DNA from: Squalus acanthias
Taxonomy: Eukaryota
DNA length: 64,000 nt
Reading direction: 5' to 3'
Assembly: GCA_030390025.1 (NCBI GenBank)
Contig: JASTWF010000237.1
Span: 496,001 to 560,000, forward strand
Positions 50,610-63,560 of the stretch are shown one piece after another. A program made the translations under genes and the position numbers. The notes below the pieces were generated by a model. The model ran no database searches, was not told the DNA's origin, and worked only from the letters and a program-made list of their open reading frames with translations. Within the stretch, counting starts at the first letter, position 1; every line of letters begins with the position of its first letter.

Positions 50610-51826
50610 ATATTTAGCCATTAGCATTGTGTGAAAAGTATACACTTTGCTTTTAACAGTGAGATCCGTCGAGCTGTGATGTTTTCCTTTTGTACATTAC
50701 TTACAAGACTGGGATCCTCAGATTATATTTTGAACTCCCAGAAGCAATTTATCCAAAGTTACTTAGATTGTAAGATAATATAAAGGTTGTGAACTTTAAT
50801 GAATATCAGGAGTTTACATAGCCTGAGTCCAGAAATATTTACTCTGAAATATCATCCTTTTCTTCTGTGTGGCAGTTGGGTCGTCCATGAGACTATCTGT
50901 CCAACAGATAGTCTTCACAGATCTCCACCACATTTTACAGACAAACTCTTAAAACTTCCTTTCCTTTCAGAGTTGCAGCTCGTCTGATACCTTATCATCT
51001 ACATGAAAAGGATTTACCAGTGTTTGTACTTTTCTTAAGTGATTTGCATACTTGGTTTAAATGGCTTAGCTTGTAGTCTCAGTATTTAGCTCATACACAA
51101 GCTATGTATTGCATTGTAAACTCCGCAGAAACATATGCTCTCACTAAATGTAGCACACAAATACTTTTTTTCATGCAACCCTGGTCTGAATCCTTACTCC
51201 ACCTATCCAATGGTTGTGAACATGAGATTAAGACCCTAAAGTTAAAATGTAATAGAAAATTGCAAAAACGCAACAGTAAAAACTGTTGCTATGACCACGC
51301 AACATTTTTTGTTTTAAATTTAACCCCACCTCAAATTCAAAACCTAAAACTTAAATCTGTGCCAAAATTACATCAGCATTTCCTCAAACATTCGTATGAA
51401 AGGGGAGGAGGCTGAACATTCAAAGCTCTTTGCACTTGTCATAACTCTCACCCGGTGAATGAGCATCATGCACCAGCCTTCCTGAATTACTATCTGTGTT
51501 TAGCCATTTTATGTCTGGAACAAAAATAATGAACAGAAAACGATTGGCACTAAAATATTCCAGTGTTTCTTTTGATTTGTGATAGTCAGTTGTAGTAAAA
51601 CATTGTTCAGTCTGTGAAAGCTGTTGAATCAAATAGCTAAAATATCTGAAGCTGAGAGAAGATGAGAAGCGTGTTACTAAGTGTAATACTATTGAAGATT
51701 CCATTGACAGTATGAACCATGAGAATGAATCCTCTAATATGATTCTCACATTTATTGTCTGATGTAATTGAGACCAAAGCCAAACATTTTTTCTAGAGTT
51801 TATCATGGGATTGGATTCTTTCTTTC

Positions 51827-53990
51827 TGTCATGGTACCTATGGGGTTAAAACCAGGTTCACTCACAAAAATAGCCCAGCTTGTTTTGATACACCATAGCC
51901 CCAGATGTTGTATCTGGTTAGGTATCCGATTCAATTAAAATGCAAGTATCATGTGGGTTTTGTTTGAACATATGTTTAATTGGTAGTTCTTTATGAATTT
52001 AAGAGACATGTATTTAAATTTCCTTTTGGCTTGGTAGCAAATTGGAGGCTGATGAGAAGGAGCACTGGTGGAGACTCGAGGGACAGCGAGTGGAGAAACA
52101 GCACCAACATGCTCTTGAACTGGTAGACAACCGTACACTGACAGCAAGCCCGGTAAGTGAGGGAACAGATGATCTAGCTCATAATTTCACTAAGCCCAAA
52201 CTGATACCAAATTTTAAAGAAGACGACAACATAGATGGTTGCATAAGAGCTTTTGAATTACTGTATCAGCAAACGACCATAACTGGAACAAAGAGAGACT
52301 CGTATTGTCACTTAGCAAATTTTCTTTGCGTGGATCCGATGGACACTATAAAACATGCTACTTTTACTACTAATAACTAACAGGCCAATACAGGCAAAAA
52401 GTTAACCAGTTGCAGAAAGCTCAGTAAAGTACTTGGAGAATTAATCATAGAGCTACGTATTTGGAAATTGTAACTAGACAGGGAAAATGTAACAGATTCT
52501 AAGGGTCTATGCCAATTAATGTTAAAGGATCGATTTCTGGAAGTGGCAGATAATGGAAGGATATAGTCGCTTGATCAGAGTGCAAGACCCTGAGGCAGTT
52601 AGGAGAGCAAGCTGATCGCTTTGTGACTTCACAAGAGTTGGAAACCCAGTGACCAAATGAATGATCAGGTTCCTCCCACCACTGAGTGTGCATTGACACC
52701 CAATGCAAAGATTCTGACAGCATTCTTATTCTCAGTCTTAGTGAAGAGGTAGCCCACTGCAGATTAGGTAATACAGGATGCAAACTAACACTAGTACGAC
52801 CCTACCTCGTGCACAGTGACCAGGACTTGGAGGCGAAGGTGGCCCATGTTTACGGTCTCATCAGGTCAGTAGATGTACTGCTGGCCAAACTACAATTATA
52901 ATACCTCGTGGTCAAAGGTGAAAGAAATAGAAGTGTCAATGCTCGTACAATTCAAGGTTCTGATGGGAAACGATCTGAATGATGGGCTATTCTAATTGGG
53001 CGGTGGGGTGGAAGAAAGCTTGAGTGGTTACTCAGAGTCAAGATAGGCCTGTGGAGCTGAGCCAGTCCAAAGTAGTTGTATTACTCATCACATATCACAG
53101 CACTAGATGCAACGGCCAAGTCCTGGGATGAGGAGGCTCCTGCTGCCACACTGATGACAGACCATATGCAAAGGGACTGAAGGCTCCGATATGGTATTTC
53201 ACAACAGGCAATCAACCAGGGGAATCTGGGTAGTCTAGACCACAGTGAACTGGGCAGAGGTTTGCTGGACAAAGCTCATATTAGGGGGCGCACGAGTTCA
53301 GACCACCCCAGGTGTCATGAGCTCACCGCCTGAACCAGTAAGGTGGGATAGTTACGAGGACAACCCTTTAGTCCATAATTATAAACCAATGCCAGTTAAG
53401 GGACAGGAACTGAAAGAGTTTTAATAGATAATGGTACTGCAGATGTGCCAAAAAAATTATTAAAGGTTACCTGTGACATCCGTCTTCCAGGATACTAAGG
53501 GATAAAGCACATAAAGGATAGATTGTGGCCGCATTTTTAGCGGCCCAATATCTTGGCTGACCTTTGTAGGACATGTGATCAATGTCAATGTTGTAACTCT
53601 ATCCATTATTAATGCTCCTTTCAAGAGAATTGACAGAGATATTGTAGGCCCCATGTCTGTCAGGAGTCAATTGGGAAATTGGTGCATATTAACCATGGTA
53701 GACTATATGTATACGTATTCAGGTTCAGTAGCTCTCATGTCAGTGGTTGCAGATGTGTGGCTGATGTATTGTTCGAAATATTCATTTGAATCATGTTCCT
53801 CGAAGAGATTTTCTCCAACTGGGAGGCTAGGTTTATGCCCCAGCTAGTTACTTACTTGTGGCAACAGTGCCAAATAAAACAACTCTGGTCTGTGCTGCAT
53901 TCAGCTGAATGGGCTGGCAGAGAGGTTTAATAGCACACTTACTTAAATGCTGCCACATACACTGAACAGAGTGAAACTGGAGCCGACCAT
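51827..53990 (+). mobile_element. Decayed Gypsy (Gmr1-like) LTR retrotransposon: gag, protease and integrase remnants
   Basis: Gag-like PKLIPNFKEDDNIDGCIRAFELL (~52195-52260). Protease-like LGNTGCKLTLV (~52765-52800). Integrase CRTCDQCQ, PFKRIDRDIVGP..ILTMVDY and NGLAERFNSTL (~53565-53940). Confidence 0.75.
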
Positions 53991-54149
53991 AATTATATGG
54001 TAGGATTAGTTAGAAAAATCAACTAAAATAAAATGTGAGTGAGATCAAAAACTTGAAGAGGAAAGGGAATCTGCAGAACATAATTGAGACCCAACTCTTG
54101 CTTCCTCAACCCCATCCCCAACCAACTTCCAGCCACTCAATTAACTTTT

Positions 54150-55545
54150 TTGACCTCATGCTTGCTGATCATTGTTTGTGGCTCCCTTTGTTCAAGTACC
54201 ATCCCTTGTTTTCAAAATCGCATCAACACCCCCTCTTCAAAAGCCCATCCTTGACCTGTCTGTCCAACTACTGACCCATCTCTAAACTTTCCAAGGTCTT
54301 TGTGTCATTGCTTTCCAGCTCCAAGCTTGCTACTCATACAATTCCTATATTAAAATCCCTTCAATTTGGCTTCTGCCATGCTCACTGTATGGAGAGCGCC
54401 CTGGTCAAAGACACAAATGACATCTTTTATGAATGCAAGCTCAGTGCGTTATCTCTCCTTGTTCTCAATGACTGCTCCACACCATACAACGTGGTAGTCC
54501 ATGCTTCCTCCTCCATCATCTCTCCTCTGTTGTTCAGCCAGTATGGCATTAGGATTGGCTCCTCTTCCCTTCCCTTCCCTGCACAGTCACCCTCAGAGAT
54601 CCCTGAGGATTTGTCCTTGTTATGCACATCTGCATGTTGCCCCCTGTGACCTCATCCACATGCACAGTATCAGCTTGTATGCTGATGACATGCAGTTCTA
54701 CCCTTCCATCACATTCCTCCGACTCCATAACCACCTCTGTGCTGCCAGATAGTTCTTCCTACAAATTAATATTAGACTAAGTCATTGTTTTCAACCCCCA
54801 CCATAAACTGTGCTTCCTTTCTACTGACTCCATCCCTCGCTCCAGCCACTTTCTCAGACTGAATCCAGCTGTGTGAACCTCAGCTTCCTGTTCGACCCAG
54901 AGCTGAGCTTCAAACTCCGTATATTGTCTGTCACCAAGACTGTTTACTTCCACAGTTGCAATATCACCTGCCTTCTTCACTACTTCACACCTACCACTGC
55001 TAAAGCTCTCATTCATGCTTTCATTAGCTGTAGATTTTTCCAACGCTCTCCTTGCCAGCTTCCTGGTCTCCACCTTACATAAACTCCAATGCATCCAAAA
55101 CTCCACCACACCTATCCTGTCTCGCACTAAGCCCCGCTCACCCTTCACTCCCATCCTTGCTCATTTTTACTGTCTCCCTGTCTCCCAATGCATTGAATCT
55201 AAAATCCTCATCTTCAAATCACTCTACGGCCTCACGCCATCCAACATCTGCAATCTCCTCTAGCCTCATGTCCTTCTCTGTATCCTCTCCCTAATCCCAT
55301 TGCCACACCATTGGTGGTGGAGCCTTTAGTTACCTTGCCATACACTCTGGAACTCTATCCCTTTCACCTCTCTACTTCTCTCACTGCCTTTAAGAAGGTT
55401 CTTAAAACTCATCCCTTCAACCAAGCTTTCAGTCACCCCTTGTAGCTCTCCCACCGTGGCTTGGTGCCCATTCATTCTTGTTTTCCTCTGTAATGTGAAA
55501 CTTTTTCCATGTTAAAAGAAGTATGTAAATATGAGTTGCTATTGT
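54150..55545 (+). mobile_element. L2-clade LINE RT/3' fragment, degenerate
   Basis: LQFGFCHAHCMESALVK, LYADDMQFY, LFDPELSF, KALIHAFIS and KLQCIQNS motifs plus an L2 tail. Confidence 0.85.
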
Positions 55546-56987
55546 CATAAGTGGGTTGAGCACAATTCACGTGATGCACGATGACTCGAACTGATTGGTG
55601 CTTTTATAACAAACTAGCTTCTCTATGTGAACAGCTTTAAATTAAAAATATACTGAACCTACTTACCCAAGGTGAATACGAATGATGCTTGTTTTTAGCC
55701 ATTTCCAATTGACTTGTTGCATCTTGATATGGGAGTCAGGCAGCCATGCGGCTTATGGCTGATCATCACTGTCTGGCATTTCTTGGTGGTTTCTTGGACC
55801 TCCTACTAATGTCACAACTCTCTTTAGAGTATTGAGTTCGTATCCAAAAAGGCCATTCTTATTCATATGCAGACCCTTACTATCCTGAGCACTAGGACAC
55901 TTAGAATTTTGTGATACATGTTCCTATCTTTAATTCCTGCACAATTATTAGTTAAATGAAAAGAACTGTCCCTTAATTGTGAAATAATGATGTCCCTCAT
56001 ATCAGCACTGTATTTGGCCCTGGGCTGTTCAAAACTTAGAAGAAGACGCTGAACATGTCCAGCTGGGGGGTAGTGACCAGGTGGTAAAATGCATCATCCG
56101 CATACCACCCAATGTGTTTCTTACAATTTCCACACCAGTATGCTTATTCGCCATTATCGGGAGCCACATTCAGAATAGTCTTTTGAAGACTTTAGACCAG
56201 TATGAGAGGGGGGTTTTCATCACCAAGGTCAAGTTTATGAAACTCTGCAATGTTCTAACGCAGGTGCTGACAGGATAAAAGCCAACTCTGTTTAGTACAA
56301 TTCCCAGTCATTTACACACATGTGTGACTGAGTCTGTGTACAGGATATAAAGATTTTTTAATTCCATGTGTCTGATAACAGTAAAGTTTCTATCAAGAAT
56401 GATGAAAGATTATGCAAAATGTTCTTAATGCCAGTTCATACATATTTAAAATATTGTCCTTTGTATCTAAACTCCCTTATGGGTTAAAGGAAGCTGTAGA
56501 ACAAAGGAGAGAAGGGAGTATGATTTAATTTCCCCTTTGATGCTGAGCTTGTGCATTCCTTATAATACTGCATTCCAGCATTTTTTTTAAAGGTGGTACT
56601 TATGGTTTTGGATGAAGTTGAGAATGATGAGCTTTCAGCATCATCTTGTAACAAACCAAGCAGCTTTGTGCAGCTTTTTTAGACTTATGACATTATAGCA
56701 GAATAACCAGAGGGTTACAAGCTCCAGTGTATTTAATGTTCCTGTGATGACTCTTTAGAATTGTAACCAACAGATAGTAAATTAGTTGCAGGCAATTGAT
56801 TATCCCTCCTGGACCTGCAGCAAAGCACAATAATACATTAATTATTGAAAGGAAAACAAATCTCACCATATTCTAAAATAAAAGATATGGAATAAGCTGA
56901 CTGATAGAAATGTTGAAAATGGCGTTGATGATTTTTAGAATATATAACGGTATTATGTTAAAGTAAAATGGGGATGATAATAAAAAA

Positions 56988-57077
56988 AAATAAAAACAGA
57001 AAATGCTGGGAATACTCAGCAGGTCAGGCAGCATCTGTGGAGAGAGAGAGACAGAGTTAACAGTTCAGGTCGATGAC
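56988..57077. mobile_element. Penelope-like terminal-repeat fragment
   Basis: aaataaaaacagaaaatgctgggaatactcagcaggtcaggcagcatctgtggagag...caggtcgatgac. Confidence 0.7.
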
Positions 57078-58539
57078 TATTATAAAGATTTCATTTCTGA
57101 TTTTAAATTGTTTCTACTTCCTGCCCTTGCATTCCTTACGGATGTTGATTGTGTTTCTTAGTTTGTGATCCTGTTCAAAGATTAGAGCTGCAACCACCAG
57201 CAATGTTATGATAGTGGCACTGGAGACCCTGTGAAGGAATAAGCCATATTCATAAAAATACACCATTCTATGAAATAATTCTGGCCTTATTAAGACATGA
57301 CAAACTGGGTTTGGAAATCTGGAAACCTCAACAATCTAAAGCTGTAAACAGCATACAGGCTATTGAGATAAGATAAGTTGTTGACACCGAATCAATAACC
57401 TTATTGAAACAGGAGGTTGGAAGCTCCTGAAGTCTGAAGCTTTGGAAAGAACACAATGGTACACCCTGTTAAGGTGTCCTAAATTACACTTCGGAAAGAA
57501 ACACAGAAAATTAAGAAACATATGCCTTGGTAAGAATGACATCAAATAGATGCACTTGCTGTTACACCGTTTTTTATGATAAGCTTCGAACACCTAAAGG
57601 AGAGACACGAGTCTGCATTGCTACCAGCTGAACTGACTGTAAGAATAGCAGGGGTCAGCAGAAAAATGACTAGAGATAATTAGCTTACATCAGCAGAAAA
57701 CTTCAAAGGAAATACCACTGAGAAAGGATATAAATATTGAACTTTTAAATGGGATGATAGATTCGCTGTAAAGGGGCAAAGCGATTCTCAGGCTTCAGAG
57801 GCAAGCTCTGTAAGTCTACAACTCTTTGTACCTCGGGGATCAAGGTACAGTACTGTATTTGATTTTGGTGGATATCCTAGAATAAGACTAAGAACTGTAA
57901 AAATGTAACAAAGTTAAGATTTGAGAATAAGGATCTCTGATAATAAGATTGTAAAAGCTTACTTTTTTGGAACTGTTAATGTTGCGATTGAAACACCTAC
58001 TGTAATTACATGTCGGTTCTTTAATAAATCTATATATTTTTAGAATTGTCTCACATAATACTTCTGTATCAAACTCACGAACTCAATCTCTGTACGCTCT
58101 TTGGTGAGGAGTTGCAGAATTCTGGGGGAGTTTTCCGGACCCTCATAATATCCGGAATGTTACAGTCTAGCTAAACTTATTAAAAGTCTTATCTGGAGGA
58201 CGGTAACATCTTCAGGTTGTTCCTTTCCTTTAGGGAGAGATAGTCTGGACCTTTAGACCCAATTAAGCATCTTTAAGATTCGGCTACCTCAAACTTTAGT
58301 TGAAAGTGAACGTCTGGGGAATACGCCTGATCCGGGGTAGCCCTAAAGGGGCTAGGACTAGTAATTATCCCTTCAACCCACCCACACTCCTTCACTCAAG
58401 CCACTTGTTATTCTTGATAATTAATTTGAACAAAACTATTTGATTCGGTGGTGCTCATTTTTTTCGGTCTCTGCATAACCATAAAAACACTCAGCCTCTC
58501 ATGGCAAAGAATGTTGATTGTGGTAAGTCTGCAAAACAA

Positions 58540-58835
58540 ATCTTTCTCCTGTTCCAGCTCTGTTTCTCTCTCCCTTTTCCTCCTCTACTTTTGTTGCTCT
58601 CTCTCCCTTGCACTTCTGTTTCTCTTGCTGTCCTCCGCTTTAGTGCCTTGCTCCTCCACTTTTGTCTCTCTCTCTCCTCTCTGCTTCTCTTTTCTCCCTC
58701 ACTTTCATCTCTTTCTCTCTTCCACTTTGTATTTCTCCTCCTTCACATATTTTACTCTCTCTCTCCTTTTACCTTTCACTTCCTCTTTTCCCTCTTTCTT
58801 ACCGACTTCTCCTTTGTGCCTCTTCCCTTCTACTT
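58540..58835. repeat. Pyrimidine-rich (CT) low-complexity tract, ~300 bp
   Basis: Almost exclusively C/T on the + strand. Confidence 0.85.
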
Positions 58836-59444
58836 CCGACAGTATTGGAACTGTCATGTGGGGAGACCACGCGGAGAATATGAGGGCACTAGACAGGTCT
58901 CTGGATCAGCCAATGAAATAAAAATTCACGGTAAATGATAAATTCACGATAAATGTTGGTTGAAACGTTCCCTACTGTCCCATGTGGAGGTTTGCGCAGT
59001 ATCAAATATTATGGTAATGTTTAAAAATTAAAGACCTGACTTTGTTGTATTATTCAATGAAACAGATATTTCAAAATATCAAGTTGAAAATAGCCAATAC
59101 AATACTATAAGGTGAGATTTCTTATTTAAAATCCTCCAGACAGCCTGTTTATTTAATGCTTAAACAAGTACAAAGGGCTTTGTCTGGCTGTGAGCGATCC
59201 AGACTACAGCTCCCACACCATATGCAAGCCACAAGCCCTGGCTATCCAGCCCATAAAGCCCCAGGCAACGACATTTCAATTTGTGCCTCTATTTCTTACT
59301 CCATTGGTATCGCCTGTTTGAATTTCACGGGCGTGGAGATTTGGAAAGGTCTCTTTTCAGCACTGATCCTTCAATACTGGATAAATCCTAAACCTTGGTG
59401 CTGAGATGTGTTAGTGTTGGAATCCTGGGATAGAAAGGTATCAG

Positions 59445-59542
59445 ACTTGGCTCAGTGTAGCACTTTCGCCTCTGGGTCAGTAGGTCGTGGATTTAAGCTC
59501 CATCCACGTACCTGGAGCACATAATCTAGGCTGACACTCTGA
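59445..59542 (+). mobile_element. DeuSINE 5' (tRNA-head) fragment
   Basis: ttggctcagtgtagcactttcgcctctgggtcag...gagcacataatctaggctgacactc. Confidence 0.7.
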
Positions 59543-60340
59543 GCGTGTGTGAGCTGTAAGTGCATTGCCCATCATCAGTACACAATGGGGCTGATTTTCT
59601 TCTGTTCCCCCAGTTGTCCTAATGTAAACTGAGTGACACACTTGAGTGCATGTGCCCAACCTGAACTCCACTGAACCTGGCTGTACTTCCAGGTTTAACG
59701 AATTTAAATGTCCAGGTGGGACAATGCCATGGCTTTGGTGTGCATTCAAATGGAAGGGCGGGGAGTTGCGTGCTGCTGCAGCCCCTAAAGGGAATGTTGC
59801 CCTGCTGGCTGATGCTTCCGTCAGCAGCAAAACCGCCTTCACCGCAGAGTACAGCCCTAACAGTTTAATATAAACGGGGGCGTCTGATATTTGTGATGAC
59901 TGCTGTGAAGGAAAAAGATTTTGCTGCGAATGATTCTGAAAACTGAACGAGCAACAACGAGTGGTCCGAGTCAGCACACATCCACTCATTTTACTGCCCA
60001 CCAGTAGCTGGCTCTGTGCTCTCACTAACCATCGCCCCTTTTCTTCCTCAATACATTAACCTTACCCAAACCAGTGCACGTTAACACGTGAGATTAGGTA
60101 TGGAAGAGCTACTGTACGTCAGATAATATGCCACATAATTCAATTCATTTGTTTCTGCTTTTAGGGAGGGTAACAACTGTGGAATTCAAAATCCAGTACT
60201 AAGTTTGAGAGGATGTTGCGGGGCACCAGAGCATTTCTTTGAATTGCTCGGTTAGTATGTGATCGGGTCAGATTGCACTGCTCGAGAAAGAAAACATGTC
60301 GTTCAAAAGCATAATGTTTGACATTCTGTTTCGTGCCTTG

Positions 60341-60545
60341 TTTTTTTTTTGTATGGACCATAAACAAATAAACTGTAACTTAAAAAACCCTTAAATGAGA
60401 CTTAACAACTTAAATTAAAATTTGGTTGGCCGGGGCGATGATGCACTCCAGCCCCTGCGGTGCCCACCGGTCGCGGAAGGCCTCGAGCGTGCCGGCGGAC
60501 ACCGCGTGCTCCATCTCCAGGGCCACCCGGGCGCGAACGTGGCCG
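60341..60545 (-). mobile_element. Short 5'-truncated L1/Tx1-type LINE insertion with poly(A)
   Basis: CpG-rich ORF end HVRARVALEMEHAVSAGTLEAFRDRWAPQGLECII*, a short AT-rich UTR and an A10 tail (T10 at 60341-60350). TSD cgtgccttg / cgtcccttg (60332-60340 / 60546-60554). Clade assignment is from recollection. Confidence 0.7.
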
Positions 60546-63329
60546 CGTCCCTTGGTTTTACTCTGCAGGAGTGATTCAGCGGAACACTGCCATGCCAGAG
60601 ATTTAAGAATTGAATAATAAACAGTTTCAAAGCTTTCATTACTCATGCTCTTCAAATGGTTTGCAAACTGCCAGGCATGTGAAACTGCTTGCTGGTAATT
60701 TAATCAGGTAATTAGGTGCTGCCTGATTGTTGGCCTATTGGAATGGTTCTGCGTTCTCACTGTGCTAAAATGTGCACAGATCCTAAGAGTTGGAACGGAA
60801 TCAAGAGAAATGAACATTTTTGGAGTTTAGGGTGTGCTGGACAAAAGCGGCTCATTCTTGTTATCCTGGACAAGTGCATGGGATCCATCTGAAGACAGGT
60901 GCACTGACCTGATACCCCCTCTCAGGTGCTACTTACTCTTTATGGGACATTTATTACAAGTGCTTGCCTTTCTTGAAGCACCTGCATGCAATAAAAAATT
61001 ACATGTGTGAGGGCTTTTTAGGGAAATTAATGGTACCTCTCAAGGGATGCATATTTTTAAAGATGTTTATTAAAGTCGAAGTGGTCCCAGGGTAAAAAAA
61101 AAATTAACATATTGAATACAGACTTGGCGACAGAAACGCTTTCTGTCCTATCCATTGACCAAAATAAACTAGCCTTTCAATTAACCCACAACATTCCAAG
61201 TTCAGGTGCTTTTAAATGATTGTAAATGCATTGATTTGGGCCTCTTTTCACCATCATTAAGTTTTGCATGCAATGTTTATAAGGTCTAGTAAACAGACCA
61301 GACTTCATATATAAATATATATATATATAAATGTATAGAATAATCTCTATTTTTACTCTTCAAATTATGCTTTAGATTTACTAAAGCACGCCAGTTCCAT
61401 TTTTTTTGAAGTTGACAGCACAATTGCACAGAAAGAGTTTAGAAAACATTGCTTAACTGGAACCATTAATACAAACCTAGCAACAAGCCCAGGTGGACTG
61501 TGTTAATAACTTTGTTTAAATTATTCCTTTCCTTTGAGAGGCAGAAAGCATCTATTAATGCATTCATTAGAGTTTATGGCAGGGCTCTGGTTTTCTCTCA
61601 GTGACATTAACCAGGCAACGTCAAACTGAACTAATTCACCCCATCTGTCTCCACCACGTTAACTAACAAGTGCTCAGTTCAGCAGCGATTTCTTCACATC
61701 TTACTCACTTTTCCTTTAATTACAGTATGACTGTCTTCTTCTGCGGATCACTTTGATGTGCAAGCATTTTTTTCCTTGTTAGCCGTCATCATTTACAACC
61801 CAGAATCGTCCCTTGTTACTTCATATTAACATTTTTATATCAGGCAATGTTTTCTCAATCAAAGCCCTACCTCTTGCATTGTTAATAATAACTGTAGCTG
61901 TGCAAATACTTATTATGCACACATGATACTTTGCAAGGCGGATTTCATTATTTCCTTGGGATTGCAGCAGCAATTTCTTGTAGGTTCATTACAAATGGTA
62001 CAATCAGCGTTATATGGAATCTTTCAACTTGTGTAGCAAAACCAAAACTGGTCCATCTCTGTTAATCTAAACAACAGATTTTAAATACAAAAAATTGAAG
62101 AAAACGGTTTTTAATTGCACAAAGAATTTAGTGTCACACGTGCTTAGGATTGAATTGTTAGAGAGAAAAAAAAGTTTTGTTGCCATGTTCTTGTGACACA
62201 AAGCACTGAATATTTTAAGGAGCTGCATCAACATAGAACTGTGATGAACAGGGAATCCAGCATTGAGAAGAATTAAACATATTTGTGTCCCTGCACGTAA
62301 CAAAGTGCTTTTTATTTTATTTTTAAAAAATACCAATGAAAAAGACAAGCTACTTTGTTTTAGAACTACCTTTCCTGGGATGATTTATCACATCAAAAAA
62401 AGAAAGAAAGAAAAACTGTTAAAAGACTAAGGTCAACATAATAAATTGTGTGTTTTATCTCCACAGGATATGCTTTGGCATAAGGCATGATAACACACAT
62501 CTTACAGTTCATTATTAGCTCCTTTGGTGGCTGTAAACCTTGAAGAAAAGAATGAGGGGCTATTCAGTGCCACACATAAATCTTAGTAACTAGTAAATGT
62601 ATGCCACTAATATAAACTTACTCTTACAGATATTTTTCCTCTAATACTTAAAAGCCTCCAATTTAAAAGGTTTCCTTACTGTACAGAGTGTATTTATCTT
62701 TAGGTACAGTAGCAACCCAACACTTTGTATGCTTATATTTTAGAGAGGGGAATTGAATAATTATTGGGAGCATGTTTTGATTAACCACTTCAGGCTATTA
62801 GGTCAAGCAAATGGACAGAAATTTCAGCAAATCAGATTCTACTTGTCTAATGTCTGTCATACTGACCATTTATATGCAAAAGTTACAAGTCCTGATTGTT
62901 TTAAATAGGATTGCCATTTCAGACTATGAAAGTACTTGTTTGTCTGTAATTGCCACATAGCAAATAGTGTTTTAGTGATTTCAGTGTCTGATGCTCAACT
63001 TTTTTTGAACGTTTCATATGATTTGTATCCTCCATTGTCACTCGCAATGGCAATGCTGCCCACTGCAATTTTTATACTGTTGGTAATTCAATTAACTTTT
63101 AAATACAGCTGCCAACAACATATCTATCTACCGTATTTCTACTCCTGATATATTTTACCTCTACATCTGTATCCTGGTTCTTTTCTGTTTTTCTTTTTTT
63201 TTCCATTGCAAAGTTTCTCCCCTGCCGTCTTGTCATGAAGGCCTAGACTTCATGTTGGGGTACAGTTCTACAGGTGACGATCACTCTCCAGTTTCTTTCC
63301 CACATCACCAATGTGCCTTGACTGCGAAT

Positions 63330-63560
63330 GTTGGCAACGATTTGTTCATGGGAGATTTATAGCCAAGCCCATTCCCGTCTTCACTCAATGTCCAAATTAG
63401 CAAGGATCATGGGATAGCGATCGGGAGTGGAAACTCTCATTGTTTTCTTAGCTCCTCTCTAACTCAGGGTGCTGAGGCCAACTGCAGTGCTGATCAATTA
63501 GCTCAATACTGAATGGGGATCAATCCTGGGATATTCCTGGACTATGGCTCAGCTACTCGC
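63330..63560 (-). mobile_element. Ancient tRNA-head SINE-like repeat (same family as 33105)
   Basis: gctgaggccaact...ttagctca...gatcaatcctggga...tggctcag is the reverse complement of the 33105 copy. Confidence 0.5.

Noticed and set aside
58448-58938. 157-aa and 145-aa hydrophobic ORFs resembling membrane proteins
   Set aside because: Translation of a CT low-complexity tract (S/L/F/P bias).
59477-60025. 182-aa minus-strand ORF
   Set aside because: No recognisable domain, it runs into a SINE head, and I found no supporting exon structure.
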